Positions 10,382-19,139 of a DNA stretch of 44,576 nucleotides are shown one piece after another (within the stretch, counting starts at the first letter, position 1; every line of letters starts with the position of its first letter). The stretch spans positions 1 through 44,576 of the forward strand of contig CBDVBX010000002.1 in the NCBI GenBank assembly GCA_965372335.1, written 5' to 3'. This DNA comes from an uncultured bacterium. GTDB taxonomy: Bacteria > Krumholzibacteriota > Krumholzibacteriia > WVZY01 > JAKEHA01. Made by a program: the position numbers and the translations under genes. The notes below the pieces were generated by a model. That model searched no databases. It was given only the letters and a program-made list of their open reading frames with translations, and was not told where the DNA came from.

Positions 10382-11932
10382 TTACTCGCCATGTTCGACA
10401 CTTGTGGATTGCCATTCGGCGGGCACTTCGAACAGGTACAGCGGCGCTTTTTCGAATTGCCACTCTCCGCGAGGAATCATCAGTTGCTGGCAGGCTCGCA
10501 GCAGCCGATTGCCCGGGTCGCCCCACCAGCCGTTTATCTTGACGTACCACAACCTCTGTCTACCGGCGGTGGTTTGGCGAAGCCACTGTTCCGCCGCACT
10601 CAACTCGTATAAGCTACCGCGTTCCGGCCGATAATAAATTGCGAGGTGGCCGGGGGCGTAGAATTCCACCGGTTCGGAGACCCCGCACGCAACCAGTGCG
10701 TCGCTCTCACGGCTTTCCTGGTCGAGGATCTTGCCAACCGCCCGGGCGTCGGGCCGCCAGTACCGAGGGTTCGTGAAGTAGTTGTAGTCGGCGTGAACAC
10801 AATAAAGCAACAAAACACACATTATGGCCCACCGGAGGAACTTGTTTTTGATGGCTACAATACCCGCGCCAAGGAGAAGCAGGTACGGGGCAAATGCGAG
10901 AATCGCGTAGCGTGAGTTGGGCGCTTTGAGATTCAGTAATGAGATAGCCACCATCAGGACGATGGGTATCGTCAGCCAGGGAAGAAGAACGTCAAATGAG
11001 CGGGAAGACCGACGCCGAACAATCAAGCCCCACGCCACCGCGCCGATAAACAACGCCATGGCCGGCGCGAGGTATGGGAGGAATGGTACGACCACCTCCC
11101 AGTGGTATTCCTTGAGCTCGTGGATCGATGGCCCCATCGAGAGCCCCAGCGAAAAGTTGTAGAAAGTAAACGGAATGGTGAGAATCCCCCACGGGCTTTC
11201 TCCCCGCACCACTACGCCTTCACCGGCCAGCTGGTCCGGTCGGCCCAGGTGTGGCTCTCCCAGTTGCCCCGTTGCTCTCAAGATCCAGGGGGAAAGAATC
11301 ACCGCGACGAGCAGTAACAGGATGATTGGACGCCGGATCGGATAACCGGTGCGCCGGCCAATGGTGAGAGAATAGAACCCATAAAGCACCAGCAGGAAAA
11401 AGCCGGTCAGGTTCGACAGGCAAAGCGCCACGCTGGCCCCGAGCGCGACGAGAAAGCTCTTACGCGTTCTCCGTTCGATCTCTACAAGAAACGCCGGTAT
11501 CGCCAGGAGTCCCACGTCGAAGAGCAAGGCGTAGTTGCGCGTCTCCTGGCTGTACCACAGATAAAACGGTGAGATGGCAAGGAAGACCAGTGCGATCGTC
11601 GCAGCCCGGCGTCCCACCAGCGGCACACCCACACGGTAAAAAAGCACCAATCCCAACGCGCCGAATATCGCCGACATGGCACGCGTGGCAGCTTCGGCCG
11701 TTCCGACCAGCGTGATCCACAGTTTGAGTAGCATCATATGTAGCGGACCGTGTATGTCGAGAGCGGTATCTATCCACCGGTTCTGATATTCGCCCAGAGC
11801 GATCGAGATCGAGCGGGTCTCATCCACCCAGTAGCTCTGCTGTCCCAGGGCGACAAAGCGCAGTGCGGCACCGGCGACGATGATGGCCAAGACGGTAAAA
11901 TCCCAACGGGGTTTCTCGATGGCTCCTGTCAC
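10382..11932 (-). CDS. PMT/ArnT family (GT39-like) membrane glycosyltransferase
   Basis: LRF..LGQQSYWVDE, DIHGPLH, YSQETRNYAL, RY, PDAR. GTG start overlaps the upstream TGA (GTGA). Confidence 0.75.
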   Translation of the reverse strand: MTGAIEKPRWDFTVLAIIVAGAALRFVALGQQSYWVDETRSISIALGEYQNRWIDTALDIHGPLHMMLLKLWITLVGTAEAATRAMSAIFGALGLVLFYRVGVPLVGRRAATIALVFLAISPFYLWYSQETRNYALLFDVGLLAIPAFLVEIERRTRKSFLVALGASVALCLSNLTGFFLLVLYGFYSLTIGRRTGYPIRRPIILLLLVAVILSPWILRATGQLGEPHLGRPDQLAGEGVVVRGESPWGILTIPFTFYNFSLGLSMGPSIHELKEYHWEVVVPFLPYLAPAMALFIGAVAWGLIVRRRSSRSFDVLLPWLTIPIVLMVAISLLNLKAPNSRYAILAFAPYLLLLGAGIVAIKNKFLRWAIMCVLLLYCVHADYNYFTNPRYWRPDARAVGKILDQESRESDALVACGVSEPVEFYAPGHLAIYYRPERGSLYELSAAEQWLRQTTAGRQRLWYVKINGWWGDPGNRLLRACQQLMIPRGEWQFEKAPLYLFEVPAEWQSTSVEHGE

Positions 11933-13350
11933 GAGAGTATTCCCTTCAGAAGATCGATGAGCCGAATGATCACCTTGGGTTGATTGGCGGCAATTGTCGA
12001 TAGAGGTACCGCGTCCACGTGACTGATCATTCCCAACGAGTACTGCGCCACCAATAGTACATTCCAAACGCCGAACACGACCAAAATCAGGGGGGCCATG
12101 AAACGCCTCGCCAGCGCAGTCCGGCGTGCCCACAAAATCCGAACGTCATCGAGAAACACGGCCAGGCCCAACACGAATACCGGCGTGGCGCTCACCAAAC
12201 GGCGCATACCGAAAGCCGAGCCAGCCCACCAGTCGTACACCGCGCAATTGGAGATCACCAGCGCTGCGAGGACGCCGAGCGAAACGCCCGCCAGTTCGGC
12301 GTCCCGCCGAAAGAGGCGAATGAGACCGACGACCGAGAGAATTGTCACCGGCGTCCAGGTGAAAAGTCCGTGTCGGTAAGAGAACAGGGTCCCCCACAGA
12401 CCCGTCGGGTTGAACTGTAGCGTGTCCACCGAGTGGCGCACCCAGGGGCGTCCGTGGAGGAACTGCCACACGCCCAACTGAATCGACGCTACCAGAAATA
12501 GGCCGACCAGTGCTGCCGCCATGCAACCGACCCAGTTCCTCACGTTGCCGCCCGAATCACTCGGATGTGGTCGGCGCAGAAGGCGCACCGATTCCACCGC
12601 GAAAATCGGGATCGCGATCACGATGTCGTTCCATCGCACCAAGAACAACATCCCGGCGAGCAGCCCCCAGTTGAACCAGATGCGCGCGCGCGAACTGTGA
12701 CGGTTCTTGTGCCAGTAGATGAGGAATGCACCCGCGGTCAACGGTGTCAATGCATGGCTGTGACTAGGTGCGAGATACAGATAGTAGAACAGCGACGAAG
12801 ACACGGCGATGGTCAACGTCGCCCAGAACGCCTCACGCGACGGTGCGACGCAGCCGGCCAAACGATACGCGAACAGTAATCCCACGATGCCGCACGCCAG
12901 CGTGGTGAGCGCCATGGCGAGGTAATACAGTCCGCCGTAACCATCACTCCGGTGATCGGCTCCGATCACGTTGGCCAGCCGCACCGCCCCGTGGGCGACG
13001 AGATACGCCGGCGCCCACAGGACAGCCGGGCCGACGCTCCAGTTGGACGGCACCCGTCCGGTCACCGGGTCGGGCTCGGGTGTGTGATATCCGGCATGGA
13101 ACCCGGGTTGGTGGTCGCTGTACGCCAGTAGATATCCCGGCAAACCGCCCGCGTCATCTTCGATGTGCGTTGTGAGGTAGTCGTGTTCGTTAGCCAGGTC
13201 GAGGTCGCGGTCGATGACCGACGAGCGGAGAAAGCCAAAGTGTCCGATCCCATCGCCGTGGACCCAAGGGGTGAGGAGAAAGGGCGAGATAACGATCAGG
13301 CACAGGAGGATCTTGACTTCACGTCGGTTCGCAGTGTTCCCAATGCCCAA
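11929..13350 (-). CDS. GT-C-type membrane glycosyltransferase-like protein
   Basis: GDGIGHFGFLRSSVIDRDLDLANE, LFSYRHGLFTWTP, DWWAGSAFGMRRL; TTG start after GAGGAGG. Confidence 0.65.
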   Translation of the reverse strand: MGIGNTANRREVKILLCLIVISPFLLTPWVHGDGIGHFGFLRSSVIDRDLDLANEHDYLTTHIEDDAGGLPGYLLAYSDHQPGFHAGYHTPEPDPVTGRVPSNWSVGPAVLWAPAYLVAHGAVRLANVIGADHRSDGYGGLYYLAMALTTLACGIVGLLFAYRLAGCVAPSREAFWATLTIAVSSSLFYYLYLAPSHSHALTPLTAGAFLIYWHKNRHSSRARIWFNWGLLAGMLFLVRWNDIVIAIPIFAVESVRLLRRPHPSDSGGNVRNWVGCMAAALVGLFLVASIQLGVWQFLHGRPWVRHSVDTLQFNPTGLWGTLFSYRHGLFTWTPVTILSVVGLIRLFRRDAELAGVSLGVLAALVISNCAVYDWWAGSAFGMRRLVSATPVFVLGLAVFLDDVRILWARRTALARRFMAPLILVVFGVWNVLLVAQYSLGMISHVDAVPLSTIAANQPKVIIRLIDLLKGILS

Positions 13351-13468
13351 AGTCGTGCCTCCTCATGGCTTATACCTTGCGGCATGAGGATATTGTGGCG
13401 CTGCCGATGTGTCAATGACCCGTCTTTGAGACGGTTCTTTGATTATGATTTTCGAAGAATCTTTAAGA

Positions 13469-13549
13469 TTAGCGTATCAACACCATCCGCTTTTTCTCCT
13501 CGAAATCGCCAGCGGTGAAGCGGTAGAAGTACACGCCGCTGGCAATCAA
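13469..13549 (-). pseudogene. Orphan 3' remnant of a T9SS type A sorting / FlgD-Ig C-terminal domain gene
   Basis: Reads LIASGVYFYRFTAGDFEEKKRMVLIR-TAA. In-frame TAG lies just upstream at 13556-13558; no RBS. Confidence 0.75.
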
Positions 13550-13577
13550 TCGAAACTATGACGAGCAGAGGCGGTCT

Positions 13578-14015
13578 CTAAGCGTAAGGATACATACCGT
13601 CCTTGATCGCTCCGAGCGATTCGAGGATGTGGTTGTGCTTGTTTTCATCCTCCAGCAGGTACTTGAGCAGATACTCCTGCACGATCATCTTCTTTCCCTT
13701 GAGAGCGGCCAACGCTTCCTCGGCCAGCTCCACCGTCTTCTTCTCCAACTCGATGTGTGTTTCGACCATGTCCCAAATCTCGGCCAATTCCTCCGGCGTC
13801 AAGGTGATGGTCTTAGTGGTGAGGCTGCTAGCAATCATTTCCTGGACCTGATGGTGCATCTGCGAGTCTCGTTGAATGATTTCCATGATAACTTTGACGA
13901 TTGGATTCTTGGTTTTCTCCATAACCTTTCCGGTCGAGGCAACAGAGGCGTTCTCGATTTGTTGCCAACGCCGCATGTTATCGACTAGCTTTTCCTGGAT
14001 CTCCTTAGTCGACAT
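13578..14015 (-). CDS. Small ferritin-like four-helix-bundle protein (145 aa)
   Basis: Two internal half repeats: IENASV...RDSQMHH and LEKKTV...EDENKHN. ATG 14015 after CAGGAGG. Confidence 0.65.
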   Translation of the reverse strand: MSTKEIQEKLVDNMRRWQQIENASVASTGKVMEKTKNPIVKVIMEIIQRDSQMHHQVQEMIASSLTTKTITLTPEELAEIWDMVETHIELEKKTVELAEEALAALKGKKMIVQEYLLKYLLEDENKHNHILESLGAIKDGMYPYA

Positions 14016-14154
14016 CGTGTATTCCTCCTGGTGATTCTCACCTGTTAGCACAATATGAATCGTCTTTTAATTCATCAAAGGTCGCGGATATTTTTCGACG
14101 ACGACCCATCATACCAGATAAACGGCGACAATTCTACTCGGGACCTCAAGTATA

Positions 14155-14433
14155 CTACCGAGCGTCGTCCTGGTGGGGGCGCGGTTTTTCTCTCAGTTCA
14201 GCCAGTCCTTCCTCGAGTGCGTGCATGTTTTCTACTTCCGTGTAGAATAGCGGTGAGGCATCGATGTCGTACGTCTGGTTGTGACGGAGGACTTTTCCCA
14301 GCACACCCGGCGGTGAATAGCCGGACGCAAAAAAGGCGAAACAGGCCCCCAGAATCAACAGGCCGACCAAGAACCGGAACCATCGGCCGCGCCGTGTGTG
14401 TGCGGGATCGAATTGTCGCCCTCGAGTCGACAT
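14155..14433 (-). CDS. Small single-TM hypothetical protein
   Basis: 92 aa, one hydrophobic helix, NQTYDIDASPLFYTEVE segment; 15 bp behind the exporter gene with an AAGG RBS. Confidence 0.6.
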   Translation of the reverse strand: MSTRGRQFDPAHTRRGRWFRFLVGLLILGACFAFFASGYSPPGVLGKVLRHNQTYDIDASPLFYTEVENMHALEEGLAELREKPRPHQDDAR

Positions 14434-14448
14434 AACGCAACGTACCTT

Positions 14449-15768
14449 CTAACGAACCGCGTTGGGGAATAGAACGATAAATGCCAGCCAGGCAACCAAC
14501 AGGGTCAGGATCAGGTTGAACGACTGTCCAACCGCGTACAGCACGAGCGGCTTTCCACCTTCCATCCGGTCGGCCAGATCCCGGAAATTCGATTCCAGTC
14601 CGATTGAGACGAAAGCAATACAAAAAAACCAACAGCGCAGCGCTTTGGTCACCGGCTTGATATAAGTCGACTCCACGAAATTGAAATCCCCCCCGGTGAG
14701 CGGTACCACGACAAAAGAAAACAGTATCGATGCGCCGACAAAGCCGATGACAAACTTCGGGAAGCGGTACCAGATCTCCCTGACATCGGCCTTCTGACCT
14801 GGCTGGCGATCGACGCGGGTGACCCAGTAGAGTGCAATGACAAATGCCAGAACACCGATCAAAACGTTCTGAATCATCTTTACCACAGCGGCGACTTTTT
14901 CTGCGTCGGGACCCAACATCGATCCGGCCGCCACCACCGCCCCGGTCGAATCGATAGTCCCACCCATCCAGGCGGCACCGAGGATGTGATCCATACCGAT
15001 CCATTTTATGGCCAGCGGCATGAAAAACATCATCAACACCGTAAAAACCAGCGTCATGCCGACAGCGAGCGTCAGGTCTTCCTTTTTCGCCCGGCAGGCG
15101 GCCGCGGCGGCGATGGCGGCGGAGACGCCACATACGCTGGTCGCGCAGGCGATGATGATCGCCAGTTTTTTGTTCGCCATCTTCAAATAGCGGTTGGCAA
15201 ACTTGTACATGAAGATCACCACTGTAGGCGTGACGATCCATGCGACCATCAGCCCGGGGGCGCCCAAAGAGACGATCTTTTTGAACAGGATCTCAGCCCC
15301 GAGGAGTACCAGGCCGGTCTTGATGAACAACTCGGTTTTGGCACCGGCGAGCAGCCACTTTGGCGTGCCGACGGTATTGGAGATGAGCAAGCCGACCAGC
15401 AACGCCCACAGCGCGTAGCTCAAGCCCCAATATTTGACGTTGGTCTGATTCGCGATCCAGTAGGATAGGGTAGCCAGAGCAAAAACACCGGCGAATCCGG
15501 CGGCATAACGGCCCGGCCGCTCAGAGCGCATCACCGCCACGCCGACGGTCGTCAACACGCCCAAACCGACCATCAAACCCAGTAGCGGCAACAAGATGCT
15601 GCCTCCGTCGGGTCCGAATCCCAAGGCAGCCAGGGGATCGTCGGTCCATTTACCGACCTTGGGCACCTGGGTGACCAGGCCGGTGAGACTGGCGGCGATC
15701 AGCGCAAATCCGAACCAGACGGCCCACCAGTCCTCGTTCTTCCACAGTGAACTGACCCTGCTAGTCAT
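14449..15768 (-). CDS. YeiH / putative sulfate exporter (PSE) family transporter
   Basis: EDWWAVW, KTGLVLLGAE, SVCGVSAAIA, GGTIDSTGAVVAAG, VKMIQNVLIG, RFPKFVIGF; GAGG RBS. Confidence 0.88.
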   Translation of the reverse strand: MTSRVSSLWKNEDWWAVWFGFALIAASLTGLVTQVPKVGKWTDDPLAALGFGPDGGSILLPLLGLMVGLGVLTTVGVAVMRSERPGRYAAGFAGVFALATLSYWIANQTNVKYWGLSYALWALLVGLLISNTVGTPKWLLAGAKTELFIKTGLVLLGAEILFKKIVSLGAPGLMVAWIVTPTVVIFMYKFANRYLKMANKKLAIIIACATSVCGVSAAIAAAAACRAKKEDLTLAVGMTLVFTVLMMFFMPLAIKWIGMDHILGAAWMGGTIDSTGAVVAAGSMLGPDAEKVAAVVKMIQNVLIGVLAFVIALYWVTRVDRQPGQKADVREIWYRFPKFVIGFVGASILFSFVVVPLTGGDFNFVESTYIKPVTKALRCWFFCIAFVSIGLESNFRDLADRMEGGKPLVLYAVGQSFNLILTLLVAWLAFIVLFPNAVR

Positions 15769-15841
15769 GATTCACCTCGCTTGCGGGATATCGTCACTTC
15801 TGGACCAGTATATACTGTACGCGTCAAGGGCGCCCGATGGA

Positions 15842-15859
15842 TAGTGAATTTTTTCGCAA
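15842..15859. promoter_or_regulatory. Rex-like operator between the exporter and rrf2
   Basis: TAGTGAA-TTTT-TTCGCAA vs Rex consensus TTGTGAA-N4-TTCACAA (2 mismatches). Confidence 0.55.
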
Positions 15860-15935
15860 AATGTAGTGTGTTTATTTATAACATGTTATGCCATTTTTGG
15901 GGTCGCCGGTAAAGTTTGCCGAGTAAAAGATCGCC

Positions 15936-15972
15936 TATTCCGATTGAAATACTAGGAGTACGTGTATATAGT
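15936..15972 (+). promoter_or_regulatory. Sigma70 promoter of the rrf2 operon overlapped by an IscR/Rrf2-type inverted repeat
   Basis: TTGAAA (15944-49), 17 bp spacer, TATAGT (15967-72). Imperfect palindrome TATTCCGATTGAAATACTAGGAGTA at 15936-15960. Confidence 0.6.
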
Positions 15973-16021
15973 TATCAGGAAGTCGGTGGTTTCAGTGACC
16001 ACGACTCGATGGAGGCACCGA

Positions 16022-16507
16022 ATGAAGCTCTCAACACGCGCCAGATACGCACTCAGAATGATGATGGCCATCGCCCGACACGCGGACGAAGAAGAAGTGG
16101 TCAGCTTGACAGAGGTTTCGAAGGAGGCCAACGTGTCGCGGCGCTACCTCGAGCAACTGGTTATTGGCTTGAAGAACTCGTCACTAATACGCGGTAAGAG
16201 TGGGAAGGGTGGCGGATATGCGCTGGCGCAGCCGGCCGACCAGATCAAAATCCGTCAGATTATAGAATCGGCTATCGGCCCGATCAACATCGTCGAATGC
16301 GTTCGCCAACCGGATGTGTGTCTCAAGGCGGACGATTGCGAATGCCGCCTGCTGTATTACTTGATAAACAATCGCATCACATCGGTGCTCGACAGCCTGG
16401 TTCTTGCCGATCTGGTGAATGGAGATCATTTGAAAGAGATGGTTGCGGCACTCGATGAAGGGGGCGCAGTCAAAACCGTGAGTACAGGTAATAAACTGGA
16501 GTGTTGA
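16022..16507 (+). CDS. Rrf2 family transcriptional regulator with Fe-S-type Cys motif
   Basis: MKLSTRARYALR, YLEQL, GKGGGYAL, ECVRQPDVCLKADDCEC (C-x5-C-x5-C). ATG 16022 after GGAGG. Confidence 0.92.
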   Translation: MKLSTRARYALRMMMAIARHADEEEVVSLTEVSKEANVSRRYLEQLVIGLKNSSLIRGKSGKGGGYALAQPADQIKIRQIIESAIGPINIVECVRQPDVCLKADDCECRLLYYLINNRITSVLDSLVLADLVNGDHLKEMVAALDEGGAVKTVSTGNKLEC

Positions 16508-16590
16508 AATCATAACGCGAGGAATGTCCGTCAACGACGACGGCGAAACTCTGTTTATCTATCCAACTCCTACTCCTTCGGAGGTATCCG

Positions 16591-17274
16591 ATGCCCGCAA
16601 CGTTAGACTGGCATGAACTGACGCCATTTATTCACTTCCTCGTCCATACGCTGCACTACATTGCGCTCAGTTTCATGATAGTGGCGTACACAATCAAGAT
16701 ACGGTCAATAATTAAGAAACCGGCCGCCGTCGAAGGTACGCCAGCGAGAGGAGATCACAGCAAGGCGATTCGGTATTCGTTCTTGCTGCTCGCCCGACCC
16801 GACGAAATGGAGAGCACACGAACGCACTGGTTTCGGTGGATCGAATTTGCCGTGTTCCACATTGCCATGGCCACCGGCATCGGCGTGGCCTTCACCATGC
16901 CGTGGGCGCACGCATCTATGCTGTCGCCGTTTGCCATCTATTCACAACAGATCATATTCGGGCTTGCCGCGTTGATCGGCTTGAGCCGGCTGATTAGACG
17001 TATCGTTAATGCGCCCATGCGGGCGATTAGTTCACCAGACGATTATTTCTGCCTCATTCTGTTGACGGCGTGGATGGTCGGCGGCGTTTTCAACGCGCCG
17101 CAAACCAGCACATTTTGGCTTGTCGCCTATTTCGGTTTGGCGACGTTCTTCCTCTTCTATGTGCCGTTCAGCAAGATCTCCCACTATATTTGCTGGCCGT
17201 TCATGCGGTTCTACATGGGTAAACATTTCGGTCATAGAGGGGTTTACCCGAAAAAGCGTATCGCCGGAGCCTAG
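16591..17274 (+). CDS. NarI/TmcC/HmcE-like cytochrome b membrane anchor
   Basis: About 5 TM helices, FH, RLIRRI...MRAISSPDDYF, PFSKISH; GGAGG RBS. Confidence 0.8.
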   Translation: MPATLDWHELTPFIHFLVHTLHYIALSFMIVAYTIKIRSIIKKPAAVEGTPARGDHSKAIRYSFLLLARPDEMESTRTHWFRWIEFAVFHIAMATGIGVAFTMPWAHASMLSPFAIYSQQIIFGLAALIGLSRLIRRIVNAPMRAISSPDDYFCLILLTAWMVGGVFNAPQTSTFWLVAYFGLATFFLFYVPFSKISHYICWPFMRFYMGKHFGHRGVYPKKRIAGA

Positions 17275-17310
17275 GACAACTAACATCCGATATTGAAGGG
17301 AGAGAAAACG

Positions 17311-19074
17311 ATGGTCGCGATTTCCGAAAAGGCAAAGAAGTTCAACGAGTTGTTCAAACAGCGGCTCAACCGGCAACACGTTTTGTCGCTCCAGGCGTGC
17401 GCTCACTGTGGAATGTGCAACGATTCTTGTCACTATTTCCTGGCAACCGGCGATCCCGAAATGACACCCGCCCGGAAAGCGGATGCGATTCGCAGCGTGT
17501 ACAAAGGTCATTACGATTGGGTCGGCAAGTTTTTTCCGTTCTGGGTCGGCGCGCGCAAAGTCAAAACCGACGAGGACCTCCAAGGACTGCAGGACATTTT
17601 CTTTGGCTCGTGCTCGGGTTGCCGCCGCTGCACGACCAACTGCCCGTTTGGCGTGGACATGGCGGCGATTGTTGGTTTGACGCGCAGTTGTCTGGTCGAC
17701 GTCGGCGTCGCCCCAGAAGGAATCCTTACCGTCATGAAGGACCAGTGGGAAACGGGCAATCAAATGGCGGTCTCGAAGGAAGACTACATAGAGACGTTGG
17801 AATGGCTCGAAGAAGAGGTCCAAGCAGAACTCGACGCGCCGGATTTCAAGGTTCCGATCGACAAAGAGGGGGCGGACTTTGTCTTTGTCATCAATCCGCG
17901 CGAAATTAAGTACGCGCCGATGTCGCTCCAGGCGGCGTTCAAGATTTTTCACGTCGCCGGTCTTGATTGGACTATGCCCAGCGTCGGCTGGGACAACACC
18001 AACTTTGGTCTTTTCTCCGGCAAGGCGGATCTCGGCGGTCACATGGGCAACCTTGCCTACGATCAGGCCAAAAAGCTCGGCGTCAAGCGCATGGTCATCT
18101 CCGAGTGCGGGCACGGTTTCCGGTCGACCAAGTGGGAAGCGCCCAACTGGGGCAAAGCCAACCCGCTGCCCTTCGAGATGATTTCGATGCTGGAGTTGAT
18201 GGTAGACCTGATCAATTCCGGCAAGATCATACTCGACCCGCGCAAGAACCCACATCCGGTCACTTACCACGATCCGTGCAACCTCTCCCGGTCATCCGGA
18301 ATCACCGAGGAGCCTCGATTCTGCCTGAAGCGAGCGTGTATGGACTTCCGCGAGATGACACCCAATCGCAGCGACTCGTATTGCTGTACCGGCGGTGGCG
18401 GCGCGATGTCCATGGCCGAATACACCAAGCGCCGCCTGAGCGTGTCGTCGATCAAGGCGAACCAGATTAGGGAAACAGAGGCCGCCATAGTGGCGACGGC
18501 GTGTCACAATTGCGTGGACGGTTTGAGCGACGTCATCAAGCACCACGACCTCAAGTACGATTTCGGCAATGGGAAGCCCAGGTGGTTACCGGTGCCAAAC
18601 GTGTGCGAATTGGTCGCGGACGCAATCGTTATTCCGAAGGAACTGCCGGAGAGAAAACGGCGTGTGAGGGAAGTCGCGCGACCGATCAAGGTCCTCGTCA
18701 TTGACGACCAACCGGATATCGTTGCCTATCTCGAAGCGCTACTCCAGGACAACGGTTACGAAGTGGCGACCGCGTTCGATGGAATCGAAGGGGTCAACAA
18801 AGCAAAGGAGAACAGGCCAGATCTAATCACGCTGGACGTGACGATGCCGGGCAAGTCCGGAATCGCCGTGTTTCACGAATTGCGAAACACGCCGGATCTG
18901 CAAGACGTGCCCGTGTTCATCGTGACCGGTGTTATCGATTTCCGTCAGCTGATGTATCAGCGCACGGTCGAAGCACCGGAAGGGTTCATGCAGAAACCGA
19001 TTAACAAAGACGTGTTCCTCATGACGGTGGAACGTTTGACAGAACACGCGACGAAGCCAGCGTTGGTCGACTAA
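17311..19074 (+). CDS. HdrD/DsrK/TmcB/HmcF-type Fe-S (CCG) oxidoreductase fused to a C-terminal response-regulator receiver domain
   Basis: CAHCGMCNDSC, CSGCRRCTTNC, SECGHG, YHDPC, CCTGGGG, ACHNC. Then a receiver from ~18685: VLVIDD, LITLDVTMP, IVTG, QKP. Confidence 0.9.
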   Translation: MVAISEKAKKFNELFKQRLNRQHVLSLQACAHCGMCNDSCHYFLATGDPEMTPARKADAIRSVYKGHYDWVGKFFPFWVGARKVKTDEDLQGLQDIFFGSCSGCRRCTTNCPFGVDMAAIVGLTRSCLVDVGVAPEGILTVMKDQWETGNQMAVSKEDYIETLEWLEEEVQAELDAPDFKVPIDKEGADFVFVINPREIKYAPMSLQAAFKIFHVAGLDWTMPSVGWDNTNFGLFSGKADLGGHMGNLAYDQAKKLGVKRMVISECGHGFRSTKWEAPNWGKANPLPFEMISMLELMVDLINSGKIILDPRKNPHPVTYHDPCNLSRSSGITEEPRFCLKRACMDFREMTPNRSDSYCCTGGGGAMSMAEYTKRRLSVSSIKANQIRETEAAIVATACHNCVDGLSDVIKHHDLKYDFGNGKPRWLPVPNVCELVADAIVIPKELPERKRRVREVARPIKVLVIDDQPDIVAYLEALLQDNGYEVATAFDGIEGVNKAKENRPDLITLDVTMPGKSGIAVFHELRNTPDLQDVPVFIVTGVIDFRQLMYQRTVEAPEGFMQKPINKDVFLMTVERLTEHATKPALVD

Positions 19075-19139
19075 ACCGGCCAACCGTCGGTCCTGCAGTT
19101 CGAGCGCCGAAGAACGGCAAAACGACTCGAGGGGGAAAC

